Source of the DNA: Acidobacteriota bacterium
GTDB taxonomy: Bacteria > Acidobacteriota > UBA6911 > RPQK01 > JAJDTT01
Direction of reading: 5' to 3'
DNA length: 64,000 bases
Assembly: GCA_965209055.1 (NCBI GenBank)
Contig: OZ242374.1
Span: 5,664,001-5,728,000, forward strand
A program made the position numbers and the translations under genes. This document shows, piece after piece, positions 28,464-37,382 of this stretch; the first letter of the stretch is position 1, and each line of letters opens with the position of its first letter. The notes beneath the pieces were generated by a model that ran no database searches, was not told where the DNA came from, and was given only the letters and a program-made list of their open reading frames with translations.

Positions 28464-29879
28464 TCAGAACTGGAAGTAAATGAAACTCGCCTGCCCCCCG
28501 GCAAACAGATAGAGCACCAGCAGACCTCCCAACATGATCCAGCTCCAGCTCATGGCTCGCGACGACGCCAGCCGGCGGGAAAGGCGGCCCATCCGGTAGC
28601 TGAGAACATGGATCAAGGCGAAGGCCACCATCAGGAAAAGGGGCAAGGGGTGGCTGTGGACCAGTGCCGAAAGCCCGGCGGTGTTGAAGTCCCAGAAGAT
28701 CATTTTCCTGACGTAGAAAGACAGCGTGCCCAAGTCCGGGAGAATGAAGATGAGCCAGCCGATGCAGGTGAGATAGAAGGTCCCCAGGATCTTCAGGGGA
28801 TTCCAGATTCCGGACCCGGATGCCGGCCGCCGCCAGATCAGGAGCTTGTGGACGATGAGCAGAATCCCCTGGTACAGGCCCCAGAGCACGAAGTGCCACG
28901 CGGCGCCGTGCCAGAGTCCGCCCAGGAGCATTGTCACCATCAGGTTCACCAGTTGCCGCGGCCGGCCCTTCCGGTTTCCGCCGAGGGGAATGTAGAGGTA
29001 GTCCCGGAGCCAACTGGAAAGGCTGATGTGCCACCGTTTCCAGAACTCGGTGATGTTGTGCGAGAAGTAGGGAAAGTCGAAGTTGTCCGGAAAACGAAAG
29101 CCCATGACCCGGGCCGAACCGATGGCGATGTCGGTGTATCCCGAAAAATCGCAGTAGATCTGAATGGCGAAAGCGATGATGCCCAGAAACACCCAGAGGG
29201 AGTCGTGAGTCAGATCCCCGTGGAAGACCGTTTCGACGAATCCCGAAAGGTTGTCGGCCACGCAGACCTTCTTGATGAGCCCGTACAGGATCAACGTCGA
29301 TCCGAAACGGATCCGGTCCCAGTTGACCATGGGCATCCGGACGAGCTGCGGCAGGAAATGGCGTGCCCTCACAATGGGACCGGCCACCAACTGGGGAAAA
29401 AAGGAGACGTAGAGAGCGAACTGCCGGATGGAGTCCACAGGCTTCAGCTTGCCGAAGTAGATGTCGAGCGTGTAGCTCATGCTCTGGAAGGTGTAGAAGG
29501 AGATGCCGATGGGAAGGAAGATCTCCCATCCCGGGAGCCGTACCCCGAAGCCCAGGCTGCCGAAGAGGCTCTCCACACTGGCGAGAGCGAAATTGGTGTA
29601 TTTGAAATAGGCCAGGACCCCCAAGTTGCCGGCGATGCTGACGGCCAGGAGGATCCGGCGCGTCCGCAAGCGGGTTGAATTCCCGATGGCCCGCCCGCAG
29701 TAGAAGTCGAGGAAGCTGGAATAGAGGAGCAGCAGGACGTACCAGGTCGACGACACCCAATAGAAGTAGTAGCTGGCCAGCAGCAGGAACAGGTGCTGGA
29801 ACCGGCGCCTGCGGACCGCGTCTACGACGAGGAGCACCAGCAGGAAGAAAAGGATGTAGTGGAAGCTGTTGAAGAGCAT
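28464..29879 (-). CDS. MBOAT family O-acyltransferase (AlgI/DltB-like)
   Basis: MLFNS, LPIGISFYTFQSMSY, FFPQLVAGPI, DFSGYTD, FWKRWHISLSSWLRDYLYIPLGG, GLWHGA. Confidence 0.95.
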   Translation of the reverse strand: MLFNSFHYILFFLLVLLVVDAVRRRRFQHLFLLLASYYFYWVSSTWYVLLLLYSSFLDFYCGRAIGNSTRLRTRRILLAVSIAGNLGVLAYFKYTNFALASVESLFGSLGFGVRLPGWEIFLPIGISFYTFQSMSYTLDIYFGKLKPVDSIRQFALYVSFFPQLVAGPIVRARHFLPQLVRMPMVNWDRIRFGSTLILYGLIKKVCVADNLSGFVETVFHGDLTHDSLWVFLGIIAFAIQIYCDFSGYTDIAIGSARVMGFRFPDNFDFPYFSHNITEFWKRWHISLSSWLRDYLYIPLGGNRKGRPRQLVNLMVTMLLGGLWHGAAWHFVLWGLYQGILLIVHKLLIWRRPASGSGIWNPLKILGTFYLTCIGWLIFILPDLGTLSFYVRKMIFWDFNTAGLSALVHSHPLPLFLMVAFALIHVLSYRMGRLSRRLASSRAMSWSWIMLGGLLVLYLFAGGQASFIYFQF

Positions 29880-29897
29880 TTCAGCCGGCGGCGGGAA

Positions 29898-30929
29898 TCA
29901 CGGGATGCCGGGCCAGACTTCCATGGGATCGGTGGACCGGACCACATGCATTCCGGCGCCGGAGAACCGGCGGAAGGCGGCCGCGGCGTCCTCCGTGTAG
30001 TCGACGACGCCCGGCACGACCACCGGCGAGGTGCAGTCCTCCAGCAGGTAGACCCTCCCGGCGAAATCCTCCGGACCGGCCGAGCACTCCTCCAGGAGAT
30101 GGTCGACGGTCCAGGCCACGCAATGGCTCTTGGCCTGTCCCGCCACGATCACCGCGTCGAACGACCGGAGCGACTCCAACAGGGTCCGGTTCTTCTCGCC
30201 GATGGGTGCGCCGTCGGCCCCCTCCATCACTTCCGGACCCAGAACCGAGTAATGCTCGGTCAACGGCGAGTCTCCCTTGACCTGGAAATCGGGCTGGCTC
30301 TGGCGGCAGACGCTGTGAAAAAAGACCGCCTCCTCCAAGGACGACACCAGGGCATGCCCGATCCCGCCCAACATCCCGTGGTAGGGCCAGACGGTGAGCT
30401 GATACTGCCCTTCCGCCTGAAGGCGGCTGACGTAGTGGAGGAGATGATCCTGCCCGTTCTCCCCATCCATTCCGACCTGGGAGCAGGCGACCGGATTGAT
30501 CCGCCAGATGCCCCGCCTCACGTCCTCGGCTGAGATGATGGTGTACGGCTCGGGGTGCTCTCCGGCCTCGTCGATCAGAAACAGGGGATGGAAGATCTGC
30601 ACCGGACGGTGCGTGTCCATGGTCGGACAGATCCGGGTGATGACGCCCAGATTCCGATAGATGAACCGGCACAGCCGCAGGTTGTCCTCCACCGCCGCGC
30701 GTCCGGACGCTCCCCCCACGAAGAGCTCGAACCCGGGAATGCAGAACGTGTTCTGTACGTCCACGGCCACCAGGCAGATCCGTATCCGGTCCTGGGCCGC
30801 AGGCGTGACGCCGTAGCGGATTCTCCACTCCGCCGCTTCCCGGGCTCTCTCCTGATAGGGAACGCGCCAGACCTCATCGACCCGGTTTGGTTCGAAGTGG
30901 GGGGGAACCGGAAGCTGGGGCCGGGGCAT
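29898..30929 (-). CDS. Isochorismatase/nicotinamidase-like cysteine hydrolase
   Basis: [20 protein letters not shown]...[21 protein letters not shown]. Confidence 0.85.
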   Translation of the reverse strand: MPRPQLPVPPHFEPNRVDEVWRVPYQERAREAAEWRIRYGVTPAAQDRIRICLVAVDVQNTFCIPGFELFVGGASGRAAVEDNLRLCRFIYRNLGVITRICPTMDTHRPVQIFHPLFLIDEAGEHPEPYTIISAEDVRRGIWRINPVACSQVGMDGENGQDHLLHYVSRLQAEGQYQLTVWPYHGMLGGIGHALVSSLEEAVFFHSVCRQSQPDFQVKGDSPLTEHYSVLGPEVMEGADGAPIGEKNRTLLESLRSFDAVIVAGQAKSHCVAWTVDHLLEECSAGPEDFAGRVYLLEDCTSPVVVPGVVDYTEDAAAAFRRFSGAGMHVVRSTDPMEVWPGIP

Positions 30930-30939
30930 GTGAGCGGTT

Positions 30940-31215
30940 TCAGCGATTGTAACCGGTCTCTTCGTACCACTGGGCGTTGATCTCGAGGTAGTGATCCCAC
31001 TCCTCGGGAACTTCGTCGTCCGGGAAGATGGCCTCTACCGGGCACTCGGGCACACAGGCGCCGCAATCGATGCACTCCACCGGATCGATGTAGAGCATGG
31101 TGGCATCGGTGAACTCGACTTCATCCGCGCGCGGATGGATGCAATCCACCGGACAGGCGTCCACGCAGGCCGTGTCCTTGGTTCCGATACAGGGCTCAGC
31201 AATGACGAAGGTCAT
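30940..31215 (-). CDS. Dicluster ferredoxin
   Basis: [19 protein letters not shown] and [16 protein letters not shown]; GGAG RBS. Confidence 0.95.
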   Translation of the reverse strand: MTFVIAEPCIGTKDTACVDACPVDCIHPRADEVEFTDATMLYIDPVECIDCGACVPECPVEAIFPDDEVPEEWDHYLEINAQWYEETGYNR

Positions 31216-31275
31216 GATCTCCTCCCTCGCAGGTCCTATCCAATTTAACGGAAAAAGAACTCAGGTCAAGCGGAC

Positions 31276-31382
31276 GAGCGGCGATTTTCAACCGCCGGAC
31301 AGGAACGGCGGTTTCCAACCGCCGGGCGCCCCGGCAACTAACGTGCCAAGAAGGGAATGGGCGACTGAGAGTCGTCCCTCCC
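31276..31382. repeat. REP-like palindrome cluster
   Basis: GAGCGGCGATTTTCAACCGCCG, GAACGGCGGTTTCCAACCGCCG and a degenerate GGGCGACTGAGAGTCGTCCCTCC. Confidence 0.7.
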
Positions 31383-31396
31383 CCCCGGCAAATTCG

Positions 31397-31426
31397 GTGT
31401 CGAGTCGTGTCGCGGACTGCTAGAAT
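31397..31426 (+). promoter_or_regulatory. Putative extended -10 promoter of the WYL operon
   Basis: TG-C-TAGAAT (31418-31426), 8 nt before the GTG start; GTGTCG repeated at 31397 and 31407. Confidence 0.5.
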
Positions 31427-31434
31427 ATCCCGCA

Positions 31435-32406
31435 GTGAATCGCACCGAACGCCTACTGGACTTGATCGCCTACCTCCTCAACTCCAGCGAGCCGGTCTCC
31501 TGGAGAGAGATCAAGAACCACTTCCCGGAGGACTATGCCCGGGGCGTCGAGGAGTCGAATCAGCGAAAATTCGAGCGGGACAAGGCCGAACTCATCACCC
31601 TCGGGATTCCCATCGACTACAAGAGCGGACCCGAAGTGTCCAAAGACGGCTACGCCATCCGCGAAGACAAGCTCTTCCTTCGCGAAATCGAGTTCAATCC
31701 CACAGAGTCTTCCTTGCTGATGCTCTCGGCCGACGCCGTCCGCGACAATTTGAACTTCCCCTACCAGCCCCAGTTGAAATCCGCCCTGTACAAGATCATC
31801 AGCGTCAGTCAGGTCACCCCTCCCCCGCCCGAATTGAAGATCTCCTTCCCCAAGGGGGGAGTCACCGGCAAATGGCCGAACCTGGTGCACCAGATCCGGG
31901 AAGCGTTGGAGCGAAAGAAGAGTATTGAGATCGAGTACTACGCCTTCTCCACACGGGAGACGACCCGGCGCAAAGTCGATCCCTACGGCCTGATTCTACG
32001 GAAGGGCAACTGGACGCTTGTGGGTTGGGACCACCTGCGGCAGGGGCTTCGCTGCTTCGTCCTCTCGCGCATGAGCGAGGTCATCGTCAACCGGAGGCGT
32101 CCGGGGAGTCCCGACTACACGATTCCCAGTGATTTCTCCCTGAAGCCGTATCAGAATCAGCAGCCCTGGGAACTCGCCATCCATGAGCCGGTTCGGGTTT
32201 CGGTGGAGGTTTCCGAGCATCGGCTTCCCGAACTGCTCCCCCAGTTGACTCGCGCCGTTCCCACGGGTGAGAACCGATTCGACATCGAAGTGACCCACCG
32301 CTCCGGCTTCATCTCCTGGATTCTGGAATTGAAGACCGATGCCCGGGTGCTGGCTCCGGCGGAGATGCGAAACGAGATCGCCCGGACGCTTCGCAATCTG
32401 TTATGA
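31435..32406 (+). CDS. WYL-domain transcription factor, PafB-like
   Basis: RTERLLDL, RKFERDKAEL, RKVDPYGL, WTLVGWD, CFVLSRM, C-terminal WCX-like VLAPAEMR. Confidence 0.88.
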   Translation: MNRTERLLDLIAYLLNSSEPVSWREIKNHFPEDYARGVEESNQRKFERDKAELITLGIPIDYKSGPEVSKDGYAIREDKLFLREIEFNPTESSLLMLSADAVRDNLNFPYQPQLKSALYKIISVSQVTPPPPELKISFPKGGVTGKWPNLVHQIREALERKKSIEIEYYAFSTRETTRRKVDPYGLILRKGNWTLVGWDHLRQGLRCFVLSRMSEVIVNRRRPGSPDYTIPSDFSLKPYQNQQPWELAIHEPVRVSVEVSEHRLPELLPQLTRAVPTGENRFDIEVTHRSGFISWILELKTDARVLAPAEMRNEIARTLRNLL

Positions 32407-33371
32407 ACGTCGCCGACCGGATCAACCGCATACTCCTGATCATGAGCTACGTCTCCCAGAACCAGGGAATCTGGTTGGACGATCTCGCCAAAAAGGTGGA
32501 GATGCGCCCCCAGGACCTGCTGAAGGAGATGGAATTCATGCTCCTCATCGGCAAGCCTCCGTTTCGGCCCGACGACTACGTGGACATCTACGTGGAAGAC
32601 CGGCGCGTCTTCATCGAGTTCGACCAGATGTTGAACCGCCCCCTGCGCTTTACCCGGTCCGAAGCCGTGGCGTTGCTGGTCTCTCTCCAGTTGCTGGACC
32701 CGGAAGTCGATCCTCGTGCCGTCAGATCGCTGAAGAGCAAGATCCAACAGGCCATCACCCACTCGGAGGACTCCCGTTCCCGGATCGAGAATCGGGTCGT
32801 CGTGGACCGGCCGTCCCGACCCGTCTCCGAACACTTTGCGCTCTTGCGCCAAGCCGTCGAGGAACACTTCAAGGTGCGGATCGACTACTATTCCCTGACC
32901 CGGAACGAGACCTTGAGCCGCAACGTTCGCCCCTACTACCTGACCAAGCGCCTGGGCTACTGGTACCTGGAGGGCTATTGCGAACTCCGGCGTGACGTGC
33001 GGACCTTCAAGTTCGACCGGGTCCTGGCGGTGGACCTGTTGAACGACTCCTTCTCCCCCCCCGAGGGCGTGGACGTGCGCGGGGTCGGAAACAACTTCCT
33101 TCGGTTCCCCGGAGATCGCAAGATGCGCGTCTATTTCGACGCGGACGCGGCTCCCTGGATCAAGGAGCAATGGGGCGATTCGGTGGAACCGGCAGAGGAC
33201 GGGGGAGTGGTCCTTACCCTGGAGAGTGAAACCCTGGAGTTCCCTTCCCGCCTGGTCTTGAGCAACGCCCCTCACGCCCGGCCCTTGAGCCCTCCCGAAT
33301 TGATCGAGAAGGTCCAAAGGGATGCCAGAAGGGTACTGGCCCTGTACGATGCGCCGGTCTCGGCTTCATGA
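32403..33371 (+). CDS. WYL-domain transcription factor, PafC-like
   Basis: RINRILLIMSYV, RPLRFTRSEAVALL, RNVRPY, WYLEGYC, RTFKFDRV; ATGA overlap with the upstream gene. Confidence 0.88.
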   Translation: MNVADRINRILLIMSYVSQNQGIWLDDLAKKVEMRPQDLLKEMEFMLLIGKPPFRPDDYVDIYVEDRRVFIEFDQMLNRPLRFTRSEAVALLVSLQLLDPEVDPRAVRSLKSKIQQAITHSEDSRSRIENRVVVDRPSRPVSEHFALLRQAVEEHFKVRIDYYSLTRNETLSRNVRPYYLTKRLGYWYLEGYCELRRDVRTFKFDRVLAVDLLNDSFSPPEGVDVRGVGNNFLRFPGDRKMRVYFDADAAPWIKEQWGDSVEPAEDGGVVLTLESETLEFPSRLVLSNAPHARPLSPPELIEKVQRDARRVLALYDAPVSAS

Positions 33372-33458
33372 ATGTGGACTGATGACCGGCATGCACTCGG
33401 CGGCCCGGCGGGAAATGCAGGGCGGAAGGCAACCCAAACAAGGATGGAGAGCGTCATC

Positions 33459-34019
33459 ATGAATAAGACAGCGCGAAGAGGCGTGGTGCCGATCTGTATG
33501 GTTTTCCTGGCTCTGTCCTGCGGACCGGTTTCCGACGAGGGCGACTCGACCGGACCCGAAGGGGCAATGGAGGCCGATACCGGTCTGGCGGCGGCCGCCA
33601 TTCTCCATCCCACCGAAGGAAACGACACCGAAGGAATCGTCGCCTTCGAGGAGATGGGTGGTGGAATCCACGTCATGGCTCACGTGACCGGACTGTCGCC
33701 GGGGCGATACGGCCTGCACGTGCACGAGGTGGGCGATTGCAGCTCGGGGGACGGAGCCGGCGCGGGCGCAATTTTCGACCCCGAAGGATCCGGCTCCGGG
33801 ACTCCCGCCGGTCAATTGGGCGAGATCGAAGCCGACGAAAGCGGAATGGCGCACTTCATGACCGACGTTCACCAGATCGCCCTGTCGGAGGGGCCTCGAT
33901 CGGTGGTCGGACGCTCGGTGGTCATCATGACGGCCGGAGGAGAGACCGTCGCAACCTTGGCTTGCGGCGTCATAGAACCGCAGGCGCCCGGCGCCATGCG
34001 CGAGGGTTCCGGATTCTGA
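33459..34019 (+). CDS. Cu/Zn superoxide dismutase-fold lipoprotein lacking most metal ligands
   Basis: LALSC lipobox, GLHVHEVGDC, GRSVVI, LACGVI; other His/Asp ligands substituted. Confidence 0.8.
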   Translation: MNKTARRGVVPICMVFLALSCGPVSDEGDSTGPEGAMEADTGLAAAAILHPTEGNDTEGIVAFEEMGGGIHVMAHVTGLSPGRYGLHVHEVGDCSSGDGAGAGAIFDPEGSGSGTPAGQLGEIEADESGMAHFMTDVHQIALSEGPRSVVGRSVVIMTAGGETVATLACGVIEPQAPGAMREGSGF

Positions 34020-34099
34020 TCTCGAACTTCCCGTAGACCGGGCCGGCTCCGGAGAATCCGACCGGCTCCGCAACCGCCCGAATGCTCCGCCTCGAGCGT

Positions 34100-34582
34100 T
34101 CAGTCCGAGACTTTGAACTCAGCCGTCAACCTCTTGTTGCCCCAGTCCGCCCTCAATCTGGCCCCGCCGGTGTTCTGCCCGTACCTGCTGCGGAGGAGAT
34201 AGATGGTAAACGTCTCGACGTTGGCGTCGACGACTTCCGTCTTGATGGGAACCACCAACTCGCCTCCATTCAAGAGCAACTCCCACTGGTCGGGACCGAT
34301 GCACTTGGCCTGCAGCTTGTAATCGCCAGCGGGAATCGAGACTCCGCCGGAGACGAGATTCGCTTCCGTCTTCATGGTGGTGGGCGCGTTCATGCCCATG
34401 CGCCAGACCATTTCCGGTTTGGCCATGCCCAGCATGTCGCGGCCCCGCAAAGAGGGACGCCCATACTCGATTGAGACCTTCTTCCCCTTCAAGGTCACCT
34501 CGGCGGTCCCGCGGAGATCCTGCTGGGCCTCCAGAGAGAACTGAGTCATAAGAACTGCTGCAATGACGAGAGCTTTCTTCAT
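34100..34582 (-). CDS. DUF2911 domain secreted protein
   Basis: Signal peptide, IEYGRPSLRGR, VWRMGMNAPT, IPAGDY. Confidence 0.8.
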   Translation of the reverse strand: MKKALVIAAVLMTQFSLEAQQDLRGTAEVTLKGKKVSIEYGRPSLRGRDMLGMAKPEMVWRMGMNAPTTMKTEANLVSGGVSIPAGDYKLQAKCIGPDQWELLLNGGELVVPIKTEVVDANVETFTIYLLRSRYGQNTGGARLRADWGNKRLTAEFKVSD

Positions 34583-34805
34583 GGATCTTCTCCTCGATCG
34601 ATTCCTTGGTGGAACGTGCCCACTCGACCCGGCGCCGGCGGCCGCCACAGGTTATTGGACGCGCAGAATCACACAACATTTTTGGGCCGGCGTCAATTCG
34701 AGCCGAGGACACCATCGACCTGACCGGCACTGACGTTGACTGACCAGAATCCGGCAGAATATGTTCGACCAGGGTTGAACAACTTCGGAGTTGGACATGG
34801 CGGCA

Positions 34806-34923
34806 CCGGCAGAGAGCCGCTCCGCGGCAACCTGGAGGCTGGGCAGGCCGCGTCTACATCTCGGAAGACTTTGACGGGCCCCTGCCGCCGGAGATCCTGC
34901 TGTCTTTGGAAGGACAGATATGA
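34806..34923 (+). pseudogene. Remnant copy of the 3' half of the Phd antitoxin gene
   Basis: RQRAAPRQPGGWAGRVYISEDFDGPLPPEILLSLEGQI* versus RQRVAQRKPGGWEGRVYISEDFDEPLPPEILSAFEGQG*; no in-frame start. Confidence 0.75.
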
Positions 34924-35009
34924 ACTCAGAAAAACAGACTGCCCCCTTGGTTCCGCCCCCCACCGGCAGGCTCTCGCAGGGACCGCATACCGGTAAGCGA
35001 AGAGTCCCG

Positions 35010-35056
35010 TTGACCGACGAAAGCCCACCGGTCTATACTTGACCAAGGTTGACCAA
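35010..35056 (+). promoter_or_regulatory. Sigma70-type promoter and operator of the phd-vapC operon
   Basis: TTGACC-18 nt-TATACT; GGTC-N7-GACC palindrome over the -10 and a TTGACCAA direct repeat (35039, 35049). Confidence 0.65.
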
Positions 35057-35070
35057 TCTTGGAGTTCCAG

Positions 35071-35316
35071 ATGCCTGAAACCGTCTACAATCTGTACGAA
35101 GCAAAATCATCTCTTTCTCGCCTCGTCGATCGGGCCGCTGGAGGAGAGGAGATCATCATCGCCAAGTCCGGTAAACCCTTGGCGCGTCTGGGTCCCCTCC
35201 GGCAAAGAGTCGCTCAGCGCAAGCCCGGAGGCTGGGAAGGCCGCGTTTACATCTCGGAAGACTTTGACGAGCCTCTGCCGCCGGAGATTCTGTCGGCTTT
35301 CGAAGGACAGGGATAG
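35071..35316 (+). CDS. Phd/YefM family antitoxin
   Basis: YNLYEAKSSLSRLVDRAAGGEEIIIAKSGKPLARL; GGAG RBS. Confidence 0.93.
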   Translation: MPETVYNLYEAKSSLSRLVDRAAGGEEIIIAKSGKPLARLGPLRQRVAQRKPGGWEGRVYISEDFDEPLPPEILSAFEGQG

Positions 35317-35318
35317 AA

Positions 35319-35690
35319 TTGCTGCTGCTGGATACCCATGTCTTCCTGTGGTGGCGAAGCCGACCCTCCAAGATACCCCCGGCGGTGACCAGGAATATTG
35401 CGGTTGCAGAGGTCGTCTTCGTAAGCGCGGCTTCTGCCTGGGAAACCGCGATCAAAGTTGCCCTGGGGAAGCTCAGGCTTCCTGAGAATTTCGAATCGGG
35501 CGTCGCCAAAAGCGGATTCCGGCAATTGCCCATCGGCCTTGGCCACGCGGCCCGGGTTTCAGATCTGCCTCCTCACCACCAGGATCCCTTCGATCGCATG
35601 CTGGTTGCCCAGGCCCAGTCGGAGGGCCTGACCCTGGTCAGCCATGATCGACACTTGGCACCCTACGACGTGCCCATCCTCTGGGTTTGA
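35319..35690 (+). CDS. VapC/PIN-domain toxin
   Basis: LLLDTHVFLW, VSAASAWE, HHQDPFDRMLVAQA, LVSHD. Confidence 0.93.
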   Translation: MLLLDTHVFLWWRSRPSKIPPAVTRNIAVAEVVFVSAASAWETAIKVALGKLRLPENFESGVAKSGFRQLPIGLGHAARVSDLPPHHQDPFDRMLVAQAQSEGLTLVSHDRHLAPYDVPILWV

Positions 35691-35797
35691 TCCCCGGTCC
35701 CGGAACGGCTCTCCGTGGATGGCCGGCCCGGCCGAATCCAGGATCCGGAAAACCGAGGTCATCCGTCATGGAGCGGGCAGCAGGCATTCCGTCGAGA

Positions 35798-37273
35798 TCA
35801 TAACGTCCAACCGGAACGGTATTCCTTGCGCAGCAACGCATTGGCCTCGGGAGAATTGGCGACCCGCAGGTTGTCCGCGTCCCAGTCGAGTTTGGCTCCG
35901 GTGCGGTAGGCAACGGCGCCCAGGTTGACCGCCTCCGAGATGGGGCCGGAATAGCCGAAATGGCAGCTCGTCGGACTCCCGGACTTGCAAGCGGCAATCC
36001 ACTCGGCGCGATGGCCGACTTCAGAAGTTCGCCGCCACGATTCGTGGTGCTTGTAGGCAGCCATCCACTCCGGGCGGCGGCCGATTTCCGCGCCGATGGA
36101 CGGGGTAATGCTCGGCTTGGGCGGCACGAAGCCCTTGAACTTCTCCGCAGGCCAGAGCATCCGCTGCGGGTAGTTCACCAGCAGCATTCCTTCGGTCCCC
36201 ACGAAGACGCCCCAGGGCCAGTCGGGGAAGTCGTTTTCCGCAAAAACCGGCGGCGGCTGACTGCCTTGCGTCCAGGTCAGGGTCACCGGCGGCATCTCGC
36301 CGCGGGCGGGGAACCGGTAACGGACATGGAGCCGCTCGGGAACCGTCTCAGGATGCGGTGGCGGACCCTCCGCCTCCACCGAGTCGGGATAGCGGAGCTT
36401 CAGAGCCCAGAAGGCCAAGTTGAAGAAATGGGTGGCGGCGTTGCCCAGACTGCCGGTGCCGAAATCCCACCAGCGCTGCCAGTTGCCGCCGCAACCCCGA
36501 GAATAGGTGGGGTGATAGGCGCGGTAAGGAGCCGCCCCCAGGAAAAGGTCCCAATGAAGCCCTTCGGGGACAGGTGGAGTCTCGGTCGGACGGTCAATCG
36601 GCTTGCGTCCCGAGCGGACCCAAATATGGCAACTCTTCACCGTACCGATGGCTCCGCCGCGGACCAATTCGACGATGCGGCGGTAGTTGCCCGAAGCGTG
36701 GATCTGGGTTCCCAACTGGGTCGCCACCTGCTTCTCCGCGGCCACCCTGGCCAGCATACGGGCCTCGAAGACCGAAATGGCTCCCGGCTTCTCGCAGTAG
36801 ACGTGCTTGCCGCGCCGCATGGCCGCAACACTGGCCGGAGCATGGGTGTGGTCCGGAGTGCTCACCACCACGGCGTCGATCTGGCGGTCCAGCTCGTCGA
36901 GCATCTGCCGGTAATCGTGGAACTTCTTAGCTTGTCCATAGCGGGCGAGGGCGTGCCCGGGAGGATTCCGGCGCCTCGGAGCCGAAGCTGCCGCCGACCG
37001 TTCGTCAGTGTCGCAGAGAGCTACGATGTTCTCCCCGGTCATCTCCGGCTGCGAAGCCGGCTTGATTCTCATGCCCGTCACATACTCCACGTTCTCCCCC
37101 GCCATGTGGGCGAGGTTCCACGCTCCCATGCCACCGACGCCGACAGCGGCGATATTGAGCTTTTCGTTGGCAGGGTAGCCCCACACCGAACGGCTGTCGC
37201 GAAGAATCACGAAGCCCGCCGCAGCGCGGCCCGCAGTGCTGAGAAAACGTCGCCGTTTCAACTGGTTGGCCAC
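35798..37273 (-). CDS. Gfo/Idh/MocA oxidoreductase with Tat signal (copy 1)
   Basis: RRRFL, VGVGGMG, STPDHTH, HVYCEKP, QLGTQ, WDLFLG, WWDFGTG. Confidence 0.92.
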   Translation of the reverse strand: MANQLKRRRFLSTAGRAAAGFVILRDSRSVWGYPANEKLNIAAVGVGGMGAWNLAHMAGENVEYVTGMRIKPASQPEMTGENIVALCDTDERSAAASAPRRRNPPGHALARYGQAKKFHDYRQMLDELDRQIDAVVVSTPDHTHAPASVAAMRRGKHVYCEKPGAISVFEARMLARVAAEKQVATQLGTQIHASGNYRRIVELVRGGAIGTVKSCHIWVRSGRKPIDRPTETPPVPEGLHWDLFLGAAPYRAYHPTYSRGCGGNWQRWWDFGTGSLGNAATHFFNLAFWALKLRYPDSVEAEGPPPHPETVPERLHVRYRFPARGEMPPVTLTWTQGSQPPPVFAENDFPDWPWGVFVGTEGMLLVNYPQRMLWPAEKFKGFVPPKPSITPSIGAEIGRRPEWMAAYKHHESWRRTSEVGHRAEWIAACKSGSPTSCHFGYSGPISEAVNLGAVAYRTGAKLDWDADNLRVANSPEANALLRKEYRSGWTL

Positions 37274-37382
37274 TATTCCTCCTCCATCAGCATCCGGCCG
37301 TTCCGAATGCGGACCCGAATCTCGAGATTACATTCTCCCCGGAGTTCGAAACAGGCAGTCCTCTTCCGGTTTCCCTTTGAGT

